The notes beneath the pieces were generated by a model, which was not told the DNA's origin, made no database searches, and was given only the letters and a program-made list of their open reading frames with translations. A stretch of 64,000 bases of DNA, from assembly GCA_052246995.1 (NCBI GenBank), contig JBQPWD010000007.1, positions 37,111 to 101,110 on the forward strand. Direction: 5' to 3'. This DNA is from Candidatus Bathyarchaeota archaeon (GTDB lineage Archaea > Thermoproteota > Bathyarchaeia > Hecatellales > Hecatellaceae). Made by a program: the position numbers and the translations under genes. Below are positions 9,097-18,387 of the stretch, piece after piece. The stretch's first letter is position 1. The number at the start of each line of letters is the position of its first letter.

Positions 9097-9774
9097 TTGA
9101 TGCTAGCAGAAGATAAAATGGTTTTGCTTAGGAAGGGAGCTGAGGCGAATATATATCTAGCCTCGTTTATGGGTTTTAAAGTTGTAGTTAAGAGAAGAAT
9201 ACCTAAACTCTACAGAATTAGGGAGGTTGATTATAAAGTTAGAGAATATAGAACTATACATGAAGCTAGGTTACTTAGCGAAGTTAAGAAGTTTGGTGTT
9301 CCAACACCAGCAATCTACTTCGTAGACAGGGAAAACTTTGATATAATTATGGAGTATATTGAAGGTGTAAGATTGAAAGATTATCTTCAAAATATTAGAG
9401 AAGTAAAAAACTTAAAGGAGACATGTTTTAAGTTTGGATACTTAATAGGTAAACTTCATAAAAATGGAATTATCCACGGAGATTTAACAACATCAAATGT
9501 CATATTAACAGAAAAAATGAAGATGTTTCTAGTAGATTTTGGTTTAGGTTTTTATTCTGAGAATATTGAAACTCAGGGTATTGATTTACATTTGCTTAAA
9601 CAAGTTTTTGAGGGTTTTCACCACAACGTGGCAACAGAATGCTTTAAAGCTGTTTTAAACGGATATGGAAAAGTCGTAGGCAATAGGAGAAGAGAAGTAA
9701 TTGAGAAGAAGCTTAAGGAGATTAAAAGTAGGGGAAGATACATTCCAGCAGAGGAAAGATACCAATACATCTAA
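9097..9774 (+). CDS. bud32: KEOPS kinase/ATPase Bud32
   Basis: KGAEA, KRRIPKLYR, RTIHEARLL, HGDLTTSN, VDFGL and RGRY motifs. Start may be ATG 9100 or 9118. Confidence 0.96.
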   Translation: MMLAEDKMVLLRKGAEANIYLASFMGFKVVVKRRIPKLYRIREVDYKVREYRTIHEARLLSEVKKFGVPTPAIYFVDRENFDIIMEYIEGVRLKDYLQNIREVKNLKETCFKFGYLIGKLHKNGIIHGDLTTSNVILTEKMKMFLVDFGLGFYSENIETQGIDLHLLKQVFEGFHHNVATECFKAVLNGYGKVVGNRRREVIEKKLKEIKSRGRYIPAEERYQYI

Positions 9775-9792
9775 AAGTAAAAATTTTAGTTG

Positions 9793-10158
9793 TTAAAATA
9801 GTGGTAAACCTCCAGTTACCTTATTAACAAGGTTTAAGGGTGCAGGACCAATAGCTAAACATGTAACTGTGCCTGGAGGAAGCTCCGTCAACCCTTTATC
9901 CTCAATTAAAGCAAGTGGTAAACCTAGCTTTTCAGCTTTAACTTTAATCTCATAAATCTTTTCTAACGACTCAACCTTCAAAATAACCTTTCTTTGCCCC
10001 TCTTTAAGCCATTTTTCAGCCCATTCTACGTGACTTTTTCTAGTCTCTTCATATGCTGAAACTGCTGCATGAGCAACTTGTGCACAAATTTTTCCTTTAG
10101 AGATTTTTAAATCGTCCCTAATAATGATGTTCTGAGTTAAACTGAATTCTTCAGACAT
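9793..10158 (-). CDS. pth2: Peptidyl-tRNA hydrolase Pth2
   Basis: RDDLKISKGKICAQVAHAAV, GQRKVILK and DKGLTELPPGTVTCLAIGP motifs. Confidence 0.96.
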   Translation of the reverse strand: MSEEFSLTQNIIIRDDLKISKGKICAQVAHAAVSAYEETRKSHVEWAEKWLKEGQRKVILKVESLEKIYEIKVKAEKLGLPLALIEDKGLTELPPGTVTCLAIGPAPLNLVNKVTGGLPLF

Positions 10159-10317
10159 TTAACCTCGCCTCTATAAACATAAAAGTTAAAGCATCATTTT
10201 TGATGGCTAACTTTATTTAATTTTACGCTAATCAAGATGAAAAACCTGGTAACATATATATACTAGTGTTAAAGGTAGATTTGTTAATAGTTTAAAGCCA
10301 AGTTTAGGAGAAGAAGG

Positions 10318-10497
10318 ATGAGTAGTGATATAAAAATACCTAAATGTAGTTGGTGTAACAGACTTATTATTCCCAAAGAAAACTTTGTTAAATTTCCATG
10401 TCCAAATTGTGGGGGAGTAACCATTGTTAGATGTAGTAAATGTAGAGAATTGGGGAGGCCTTATAATTGTCCAAAATGCGGTTTTCGAGGACCGTAG
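10318..10497 (+). CDS. Small Zn-ribbon protein (HVO_2753/DUF1610 family), 59 aa
   Basis: Manual translation MSSDIKIPKCSWCNRLIIPKENFVKFPCPNCGGVTIVRCSKCRELGRPYNCPKCGFRGP; four CxxC pairs; this family usually lies upstream of EF-1beta. Below the ORF-track cutoff. Confidence 0.92.
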   Translation: MSSDIKIPKCSWCNRLIIPKENFVKFPCPNCGGVTIVRCSKCRELGRPYNCPKCGFRGP

Positions 10498-10926
10498 AAT
10501 ATTCAAGGTTAACAATAGACGGTTAAGAGTTTTCCTTTATAACTCAAATTAGCTTCAACATAGAGTTTTCCTAGATTTTAAGCTTCCAGACAACCTCTTA
10601 CCTGTCTTGTTATCTCTTTTTGAAGAAAACAATCACAATCGATATCCCGCGCCAAGAAGCTATAAACCTCAAAATAGGTAAGTTATGCACAAGGAGATAC
10701 AAAAAGTTAAAATTTGTAATCTCGAAACTAGGCTTTTCAAATTTCTCTTAGGTATACCACTACTATCCAGAATTTATTAAAAACATGAGAAATTTGCTTG
10801 CTTAAGTAAACAAAAACTTCATAGCTATAAGATTTTTTCATTATAAAAGAGAATAATAAGGTAGGCTTAATGATTTATACGTGAGAAACTGACTATAATT
10901 TTGTTAAGAGTCCTTTCAGGGATGCG

Positions 10927-11205
10927 GTGAAATTTATGGGTAAGGTTGTAGCATCCTTTAAAGTTTTTCCTGAAGATGTTAATGTAAATCTTGAAGAAAT
11001 TAAGAGGAAAATTGAAAAGAAGCTTCCACCCGAAGCGTTCATCCATAAATTTGAGGAGGAACCTGTAGCTTTTGGTTTGAGGGTTGTAATAGCACATATA
11101 ATTCTTCCAGAGGATGTTAGTGGAGAAATGGATAAAATTGAAAATATTTTAGGTGAAATTGAGGGTGTAAGTCAAGTTCAATTTTTAATGGTTAGGAGAG
11201 TTTGA
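10927..11205 (+). CDS. ef1b: Elongation factor 1-beta
   Basis: MGKVVASFKVFPED...EEPVAFGL...IEGVSQV. Start is GTG 10927 or ATG 10936. Confidence 0.95.
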   Translation: MKFMGKVVASFKVFPEDVNVNLEEIKRKIEKKLPPEAFIHKFEEEPVAFGLRVVIAHIILPEDVSGEMDKIENILGEIEGVSQVQFLMVRRV

Positions 11206-12552
11206 TTTTATTTGAGGTTTTACAAGCTTTCCACTAGGTTTGCCTACAATTTCTCCATTCTCCATGACAATACTGCCTCTAACAATGGTGTAAACAGGTT
11301 TAGCTTTAACAGTCCAACCATTAAAAGGCGTAAACCCTGATTTACTATGAAGTTTATCAGCCTTAATTTTTTCTTCAACACCAAGCTTAACAATGGTTAA
11401 ATCTGCATCAGAGTTAACCTTAATACACCCCTTTAACGGATATAAACCGTAAACCTTCGCAGGATTTTCACATAAAAGTTTGGTAAACTGGTTTAGGTTT
11501 AATCTACCATCAACAACCTGGGTTAACATTAATGGTACAAGTATTTCAACACCAATGAAACCTGACGAGGCTTCCCAAACATCGTTTTTAAACTTTTCAT
11601 CGTAAGTGTGAGGGGCATGGTCACTTGCAATAGTATCTATAACACCTTCATGAATCCCTCTCCAAAGAGCTTCAACATCATGCTTAAACTTCAGTGGAGG
11701 GGTAACTTTAAAAGCTGTTGAAGCAGAACTTAATTCTTCTATGTTTAAGAGAAGGTAATGTGGACATGTTTCGCATGTAACATTTCTAAGTCCTCTACCT
11801 CTAACTTCGCCTAAAACTTTAACTCCATCCCTTGAGCTTACATGACATACATGGATTTTTGCGCCAACTTTTTCCGAAATTGAAGAAACCCTAGCAATAG
11901 CTTTAGCTTCAACATAGCCAGGCCTAGCTTCGGTATAAGCATAAATATCCTTCCTACCCTCACATCTAACCTTATTGGTTAAAATTATGATATCATCAAG
12001 ATTTTCAGCATGAACAGCTACAGGTAAACCTAGTTTTTTTACAATATTAAAAGCATTATAAAGAAAATCATCAGTTACATGTTTTCCTAAAAAATCAGCC
12101 ATAAAAAGCTTAAAACCTAAAACTCCGGTTAACTTAGAAATCTCATCAATATTTTCAGTTGAAAGAAGACCTAGAAAGCCATAATCAACATATGATTTAC
12201 TCTTAACAGCTTCAATCTTAATCTTGAAAGATTCAAGGTTGGTTAAGGGGGGTATGGTGGTAGGCATGTCAACAACCACTGTAACCCCTCCAGCAGCTGC
12301 AGCCATGCTTCCAGTAGAAAAATCTTCCTTGTAAGTTAATCCTGGGTCTCTAAAATGTACATGGGAATCTATTACTCCTGGAAACGTTAGAAGCCCTTTA
12401 CAGTTTAGCTTTAAATCAGCTTTAGGTAAGTTGGCATCTTTAGCTATTCTAACAATTTTTCCGTTTTTAATAGCCAAACCCGCTTCAACAATTGTTGAAG
12501 AAAAAACAAGCTTAGTGTTTTCTATGGTAAGGTCAGCTAGAGACAAAAACAT
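11185..12552 (-). CDS. Dihydroorotase/allantoinase-family cyclic amidohydrolase
   Basis: PGVIDSHVHFRDPG, AAAGGVT, HAEN, HVCHVS, ETCPHYL and ASDHAPH motifs. Probably pyrC, but substrate is uncertain. Confidence 0.88.
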   Translation of the reverse strand: MFLSLADLTIENTKLVFSSTIVEAGLAIKNGKIVRIAKDANLPKADLKLNCKGLLTFPGVIDSHVHFRDPGLTYKEDFSTGSMAAAAGGVTVVVDMPTTIPPLTNLESFKIKIEAVKSKSYVDYGFLGLLSTENIDEISKLTGVLGFKLFMADFLGKHVTDDFLYNAFNIVKKLGLPVAVHAENLDDIIILTNKVRCEGRKDIYAYTEARPGYVEAKAIARVSSISEKVGAKIHVCHVSSRDGVKVLGEVRGRGLRNVTCETCPHYLLLNIEELSSASTAFKVTPPLKFKHDVEALWRGIHEGVIDTIASDHAPHTYDEKFKNDVWEASSGFIGVEILVPLMLTQVVDGRLNLNQFTKLLCENPAKVYGLYPLKGCIKVNSDADLTIVKLGVEEKIKADKLHSKSGFTPFNGWTVKAKPVYTIVRGSIVMENGEIVGKPSGKLVKPQIKSNSPNH

Positions 12553-12605
12553 CCAGTCCTTAATCTTAAAAAAGATTAAAAATATGTAGCTGACACTACT
12601 TCTGT

Positions 12606-13697
12606 TTACAAGGAAGCTACATTCTTGTGCTGTTGTTTTATTTGATATGCTAAACGAGTTGTTTCATTAAATATTGTATCATCAGCCAAAGCTACACAAT
12701 GACCAGCGGTTCTTCTAATTTCACGAATTAACGCTGTAAGTTTAACAGCAACTTTAACATCCTTAATACCCTTAAAAATCTCCGCCGTTAAAACTTCATC
12801 AAGCTTACGAATTTCATTCATCCTATCCATGATTTCACTTGCAAGCTTAGCATCTCTTTCTAAGAAGGCTTTGAAAACGTCCATAACCATTTTATAACCT
12901 TCATCAATAATTTTTGATAGTGTCTTAGATATTGTGCCTTCATCATTCAAAGAAAAGTTTAACTCTACCAGTTCTTTGCATATTCTCCCTATTTGGGATA
13001 TATGGTAGATTAAACGACTTACATCCCTTGCGGTAATAGCAAGAATAATACATTCGGCCGCGTTTTCTATTCCAAGGCTTTTAGCAATTATTCTGTCAGA
13101 GTATGAGAGCATAAGTTGCCTAACAATAAGCCTATAAAGCTTCATAGCCTCATTAGACCTTTCAATAGCATCCTCAGCAAGCCCTAAATCTTTATCCCTT
13201 AAAGCCCTTACAGAATCAATGTAAATTGAAGATGAAAGGTTACAAACCCTGCTAAATATACTTTCAAGAGGAAAACCTGCAGGATCCACTATTGCTCTAA
13301 GACTAAGTCTATTTGAAGTTTCATCAGCTATTTCAACACCAATAAGTTCTGATACTGTTGTTTTAACAATTTTTTTGAATTCCTGTTCAATTCTTCTATC
13401 AGACTCAACATTTATGATGTCAGACCCACTCATGTAATGGGCTTTTATAAATAGGTCTAAAGATTTTGGAGAAGTTTTCTCATCAACTTTAAAAGTTGCA
13501 ACTTTTACACGTGTACGTGAAAGTTCAACAGGTACAATTCTAATGGAGCCATCCTCTTCAAGAAACATGTTAACCATTCCGCCTCTTTTAAGCCCAACTT
13601 CCCTAGACCAATCCTTAGGAAGAACTACAAAAAAGCTTCCACCAGCACTTACCTGGAGCTTCCTTGTTTCAATAGATTGTTGCTCTCTACCTAGCAT
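12606..13697 (-). CDS. Phosphate uptake regulator (AbrB-like N-terminus plus two PhoU domains)
   Basis: ETRKLQVSAGGSFFVVLPKDW AbrB motif; LIGVEIADET; PhoU-like helical repeats. Confidence 0.88.
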   Translation of the reverse strand: MLGREQQSIETRKLQVSAGGSFFVVLPKDWSREVGLKRGGMVNMFLEEDGSIRIVPVELSRTRVKVATFKVDEKTSPKSLDLFIKAHYMSGSDIINVESDRRIEQEFKKIVKTTVSELIGVEIADETSNRLSLRAIVDPAGFPLESIFSRVCNLSSSIYIDSVRALRDKDLGLAEDAIERSNEAMKLYRLIVRQLMLSYSDRIIAKSLGIENAAECIILAITARDVSRLIYHISQIGRICKELVELNFSLNDEGTISKTLSKIIDEGYKMVMDVFKAFLERDAKLASEIMDRMNEIRKLDEVLTAEIFKGIKDVKVAVKLTALIREIRRTAGHCVALADDTIFNETTRLAYQIKQQHKNVASL

Positions 13698-14011
13698 AGG
13701 CTATTCCTCCAGCTATCAGTAGTATATTTATGCAATATTTATCTTTTTCTATTTGAACAACATACAATTAGAATGATTTTATAAAATAAACCTAACCAAT
13801 AAAATTTTTAAGGAAAATAGATTGTTAAAAAGTTTTATCTACAATTAAAGCAAAAACATCATAGATGGTAAAAATTTAAATCATGTATAAGAAAACGTAT
13901 CGTAAATTTTTAAGTGACACCCCTAAGCAATTCAGATGAAATTAAGTATAGAATTACAATCCTAATTTTAGCACCTATGCAAGGCAACAAACTTCTCAAG
14001 AAAATTTTTGA

Positions 14012-14086
14012 AGCCCCGGGCGGGATTTGAACCCGCGACCGGTGGCTTACGAGGCCACCGCTATAACCGGGCTTAGCTACCGGGGC
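14012..14086 (-). tRNA. tRNA-Thr(CGT), intronless
   Basis: Reverse complement GCCCCGGTAGCTAAGCCCGGTTATAGCGGTGGCCTCGTAAGCCACCGGTCGCGGGTTCAAATCCCGCCCGGGGCT; anticodon arm GTGGC-CTCGTAA-GCCAC. Confidence 0.96.
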
Positions 14087-14162
14087 TGATGTTTAACCTC
14101 TAAAATATTCGTTCTTACTTAAGATTTTTAAACTCAATGCTTCTTAGATTTTTTGATGCTTA

Positions 14163-15170
14163 ATGTCTGCTAAGCCTGCATTCCAGATTGGTGAAAGGAA
14201 AATAATTGAAATTTTTCTTAAGGTTTTTGGTAAACCAGAAATTAAGCACATACCGATTGGCGATGATGTTGCAGGATTTGAAATTAATAAAAATTTGTGG
14301 GTAATCTTAAAGGTGGATTGTTTTGTAGATAAAACCGACATGCCTCCTGGTATGAGCTTCAGGCAGGCTGGGTGGAAAGCTATGATTATGAGTATAAGCG
14401 ATTTTGCATGTAAAAACGTGATACCTAAAGTAGCGCTTGTAAACATAAATCTCCCATCCAACATGGATAAAAAAAGCTTAACTGAGGTTGCCCTAGGATT
14501 AAAAGATGCCGCAAAAATGTATGGAATTTATATTTTAGGGGGAGATACAAATGAAGCTTCAAACCTCACAATAACCACGATAATTTCAGGATTGGCGAGG
14601 TTTAAAGATATCATTTTAAGAAGTAAGGCAAAACCAGGAGACCTTCTAGCCGTTTCAGGAAAGTTTGGTAAAACGAGCTGTGGATTAAAAATTCTTTTAG
14701 AAAATTTAAATGCTCCGGAAGAAATCAAAAAAAAATTGCTTAAAGCTGTTTATAAGCCTAAAGTTAAACTTAACCTAGGATTTAATCTTAAAAAGCTTGG
14801 TGTAACATCATCCATAGATTCAAGCGATGGACTTGCATGGAGTCTTTATGAACTCTCAAATGCAAGCAATGTTGGCTTTATAATCAAAAAGCTCCCAATA
14901 GCTGAGGAAGCCAAAATTTTTGCAAAAATCAACAAGCTTGACCCCATAGACTTAACATTTTACGGAGGAGAAGAGTATGAAGTGATTGCAACTTTAAACC
15001 CAAAAATTTATGAAAAAGCTAAAAATGAGTTTAAAAGAAAATTCATGGTAATAGGAGAAGTGGTAAAGGAGAAAAAAATTGTTTACATTGAAAATGGAAA
15101 AGAAGTAAAAATTAAGCCTAAAGGATGGGAACATTTTAAAATGAACAAAAACCCACTTCCTCACACTTAA
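14163..15170 (+). CDS. thiL: Thiamine-monophosphate kinase
   Basis: IGDDVA, GWKA...SDFA, GGDTNE, DSSDGL, GGEEYE and GWEHF motifs. Confidence 0.95.
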   Translation: MSAKPAFQIGERKIIEIFLKVFGKPEIKHIPIGDDVAGFEINKNLWVILKVDCFVDKTDMPPGMSFRQAGWKAMIMSISDFACKNVIPKVALVNINLPSNMDKKSLTEVALGLKDAAKMYGIYILGGDTNEASNLTITTIISGLARFKDIILRSKAKPGDLLAVSGKFGKTSCGLKILLENLNAPEEIKKKLLKAVYKPKVKLNLGFNLKKLGVTSSIDSSDGLAWSLYELSNASNVGFIIKKLPIAEEAKIFAKINKLDPIDLTFYGGEEYEVIATLNPKIYEKAKNEFKRKFMVIGEVVKEKKIVYIENGKEVKIKPKGWEHFKMNKNPLPHT

Positions 15171-15785
15171 GAGGTTTGAGAAACAGAGTTTAATTCTAGT
15201 TTGCTATAGCTGTAAGGGTAAAAATAAGTTTTCTCGGGTTTTATTAAAGTTAAATTTTGTGTTTTTAATCCATTCATCTCCTCAATTGAGGTAGGAGGGG
15301 ATAGTTGATACAAGACACGGTATGAACAGCATACCTAGAAAGAAACTTGAGAAGTTGATGCCAAACCGATTGAGAGAAAAAGGTTTAGGGGTATTTGGTG
15401 GATATGCTGAAAGAGATATAAGTGATGTTGGGACGGAATTCTTGGAAGAAAAAGAACAGTAACCGTGATTACAAGGATGAGGTTGCTTTTGTTTTTCACA
15501 ACTTAAATATCCTGCCCTTTCAGAGTTCATGGTATGCGTCGCAAAATAGGGATTGCTAAAATATCTAAGTTTCTCACCCTCTAGCCTGTTAATCTAGCAC
15601 GACTACCGTCTCTTAAAGTAAATCTCAAGTTATTTAGGACGTACAAACAAAATAAACTTCTACAAAATTATGAAAACCTAGGATTTGCTGAAAGCCTAAA
15701 AAGACTTCTACAATATACTGTCTGATTTACATGAACTAAGTTTATCATAAACATCCAAAAGTTAAAGAATTTGAAACTAAAAAGG

Positions 15786-15863
15786 TGGCGGGCTCGGGGG
15801 GATTTGAACCCCCGATCTCCAGCTCCGAAGGCTGGCGCGTTTTCCATGCTACGCTACGAGCCC
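15786..15863 (-). tRNA. tRNA-Arg(TCG), intronless, CCA encoded
   Basis: Reverse complement GGGCTCGTAGCGTAGCATGGAAAACGCGCCAGCCTTCGGAGCTGGAGATCGGGGGTTCAAATCCCCCCGAGCCCGCCA; anticodon arm CCAGC-CTTCGGA-GCTGG. Confidence 0.96.
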
Positions 15864-15970
15864 GCTTATATGGTTTAGAATGGTTTAACTAGTAGGAAGG
15901 CTTATCTATCTTAAAATTGTTAGCTTTTTTTAGTTAAGGTTATGGTTTAAGGCTTGCTGGTGCAGAAGGC

Positions 15971-16702
15971 ATGGAAACGCATACTAGAGATTTGGAGTTT
16001 AGACTTATGACCATTAAACTCTTGAACACGATTAAAAGAAAGCATACTTATAGAGAAATTTCCCAGTGGACAGGTTTACCTGTAACTGTTTTAAGTAGAT
16101 ATGTTAAGGGGCATGTTTTACCTACATCTAAAAGAGCTAGAGAGATATGGGCAGCTCTCCAAAAAATTGCAAACTTAGAAGATACGTTAATTTCAAGGAT
16201 TAAGTTTGATGAGATGGGATACTTTGATAACACCCAAATAGTTTACGATGTCCCTCTTCTACGTCTTGCAGCACAATACGCAATATCAAAATTTGCTGGT
16301 AAAAGAATAAATAAGGTTTTAACACCCGCAGTTGATGGAGTACCTTTAGCAACTTTAATAGCAAATTCGCTGGATGTTGACCTTGTTATTGCTAAAAAAA
16401 ATAAGGAAATAGGAGTTAAAGAGTATATTGAGGAGAACTATATACCGCAAAACTTAGGGGTAATCTTAACATTTTATATTCCAAAAGATGCAATAAGAAA
16501 AGGAGATAGTATTCTTGTTGTTGACGACGTTATTAGAACAGGAGAAACACAACAAGCATTAATTCAACTTGTAAACAAGGTTAAAGCTGAACTTGCAGGA
16601 ATTTTTGTTCTTATAGCCGTTGGAGAGGATTGGAAAAAAAGACTTACAGTCCCGCCAAACTGCATGGTTGAAGTTTTAGCAACAATTGAAAAAGAACGCT
16701 AA
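15971..16702 (+). CDS. HTH plus phosphoribosyltransferase-domain protein (PurR-like regulator or purine PRTase)
   Basis: N-terminal HTH TYREISQWTGLPVTVLSRYVKGHVLP; PRPP-binding loop ILVVDDVIRTGET. Confidence 0.88.
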   Translation: METHTRDLEFRLMTIKLLNTIKRKHTYREISQWTGLPVTVLSRYVKGHVLPTSKRAREIWAALQKIANLEDTLISRIKFDEMGYFDNTQIVYDVPLLRLAAQYAISKFAGKRINKVLTPAVDGVPLATLIANSLDVDLVIAKKNKEIGVKEYIEENYIPQNLGVILTFYIPKDAIRKGDSILVVDDVIRTGETQQALIQLVNKVKAELAGIFVLIAVGEDWKKRLTVPPNCMVEVLATIEKER

Positions 16703-16724
16703 GTAACAAGGAAAATTTATAATT

Positions 16725-17744
16725 TTAGATTAAGTTTTTAATTTCTTCAGTTAAAGGTTTAATTACACCCTTTTCAGTAATTATTCCAGTTATAAGTTCA
16801 GGAGGGGTTATATCAAAAGCTGGGTTTAAAACTTTTACATTTTTAGGTGTTATCCTCCTACCCATACACGTTAAAACTTCTTCAGGTTTTCTTTCTTCAA
16901 TTATAACATCTTCAATACTACCTCTAGAATCTATGGTTGAAGTTGGAGCTGCAACATAAAAAGGTATACTATGCTTTTGAGCTAAAACAGCAATAGTATA
17001 TGTTCCAATCTTGTTTATAACATGACCTGAAAGAAGAACTCTATCAGCCCCAACAACAACTTTATGCACTAAACCTTTCCACATAACATAACCAACCATG
17101 TTATCGGTAATTAAAGTAAATGGGATTTTTGCTTTTTTAAGCTCAAAAGCTGTAAGTCTTGCACCTTGAAGTAAAGGTCTAGTTTCAGTTATTATAACAT
17201 TAATCTTCTTACCTTGCGTAAAAGCAGCCTTAATTACGCCTAAAGCTGTTCCGTATCCTACCGTTGCAAGCTCACCAGCATTACAATGCGTTAAAACAGA
17301 TTCACCATCATTAATAAGTTCAGCACCTTTAAAGCTGAGTTGACGATTAACCTCATAATCTCTATTAACAAGTTTAAGACATTCATCCATAACATGTTTC
17401 TTAAGCTTCTCTACACTTCCATCAAACTCCTCTGCAAGTTTTAACACGTAGTCTGTTGCATTAAAAAGATTTACCGCTGTTGGACGTGTACTCCTTATAA
17501 GACTTGCAGTTTTTTTAAGTTCACTAATAAAATCATCAACGTTCTTAGCTTTACTATAATAGGCTGTTTGCGCTAAAGCTAATGCCGCGGCGGCGCCTAT
17601 AAGCGGGGCGCCCCTAATTTTCATGTCTTTTATTGCATCTGAGATTTCTTTTGGAGTTCTAAGTTTAATGTATACAAGCTTTTCTGGAAGTTTTGTTTGG
17701 TCAATTGTTACAACTAAGCCTCTATTCCATCTAATAGTTTTCAT
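16725..17744 (-). CDS. mtnA: Methylthioribose-1-phosphate isomerase
   Basis: IDQTKLP, IRGAPLIG, RPTAVNL, LTHCNAG, ETRPLLQGARLT and NPAFDITP motifs. Confidence 0.94.
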   Translation of the reverse strand: MKTIRWNRGLVVTIDQTKLPEKLVYIKLRTPKEISDAIKDMKIRGAPLIGAAAALALAQTAYYSKAKNVDDFISELKKTASLIRSTRPTAVNLFNATDYVLKLAEEFDGSVEKLKKHVMDECLKLVNRDYEVNRQLSFKGAELINDGESVLTHCNAGELATVGYGTALGVIKAAFTQGKKINVIITETRPLLQGARLTAFELKKAKIPFTLITDNMVGYVMWKGLVHKVVVGADRVLLSGHVINKIGTYTIAVLAQKHSIPFYVAAPTSTIDSRGSIEDVIIEERKPEEVLTCMGRRITPKNVKVLNPAFDITPPELITGIITEKGVIKPLTEEIKNLI

Positions 17745-17850
17745 TTTAACCCAAAAATTTAAACTAACACTCTACCTAATAGAGTTTGCTTATTCCTATA
17801 AAGTTTTTAGCTTAAATACGTTGTCAGTAACTAAATTTTATGGGATAAAA

Positions 17851-18387
17851 TTGAGTGAAAAAAAGCTGATTAAAGGATTTTTTTCATCAAAACTTGGCAA
17901 AGTTTTTGTTAAAGATGAGGAGAGTGTAAGGGTTCTACTTGAAAAAGGTTATGGAGAAAAGATTGAAAACGCTGTGGAGCTTGAGCCATACGAGGTTTTA
18001 TATCTTGTATATGAGGGTTTGTTAGAAGTTTATGATGAAGAAACAGGAGAAAAAAATGATGGAAAAAAGTTACTTAAAATTTTTTCCCAGCAGAATGGGT
18101 TAGCATGGTCTAAGTATCTTGTTTATAGAGACTTACGTAAAAGGGGGTATGTTGTTAAAAGCGGTTATGGTTATGGGGTTGATTTTAGAGTTTATGAGAG
18201 AGGAGAGTATAACAAGAAAGCTGCAAAATACCTTGTTTGCAGTATTTTTGAGGGGGAGCCTGTACAAATTAAAGCTTTAATGAACGTTTTAACTAGCGCA
18301 AGTAATGTTAAAAAGGAAGTTATTCTTGGAGTTATTGAACGTAGAGGAGAGGTTGTATACTATTCTCTTTCAAGTTTTAACCCTTAA
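17851..18387 (+). CDS. endA: tRNA-splicing endonuclease subunit (probably structural; catalytic His absent)
   Basis: LEPYEVLYL, YLVYRDLRKRGYVVKSG.GYGVDFRVY and VVYYSL motifs. Start set to TTG 17851 because the ORF-track extension overlaps mtnA. Confidence 0.88.
   Translation: MSEKKLIKGFFSSKLGKVFVKDEESVRVLLEKGYGEKIENAVELEPYEVLYLVYEGLLEVYDEETGEKNDGKKLLKIFSQQNGLAWSKYLVYRDLRKRGYVVKSGYGYGVDFRVYERGEYNKKAAKYLVCSIFEGEPVQIKALMNVLTSASNVKKEVILGVIERRGEVVYYSLSSFNP

Noticed and set aside
10228-10515. 95-aa minus-strand ORF from the track
   Set aside because: Antisense shadow of the real Zn-ribbon gene at 10318-10497.
17623-17850. N-terminal extension of the endA ORF
   Set aside because: Overlaps mtnA on the opposite strand; EndA-like sequence starts near TTG 17851.
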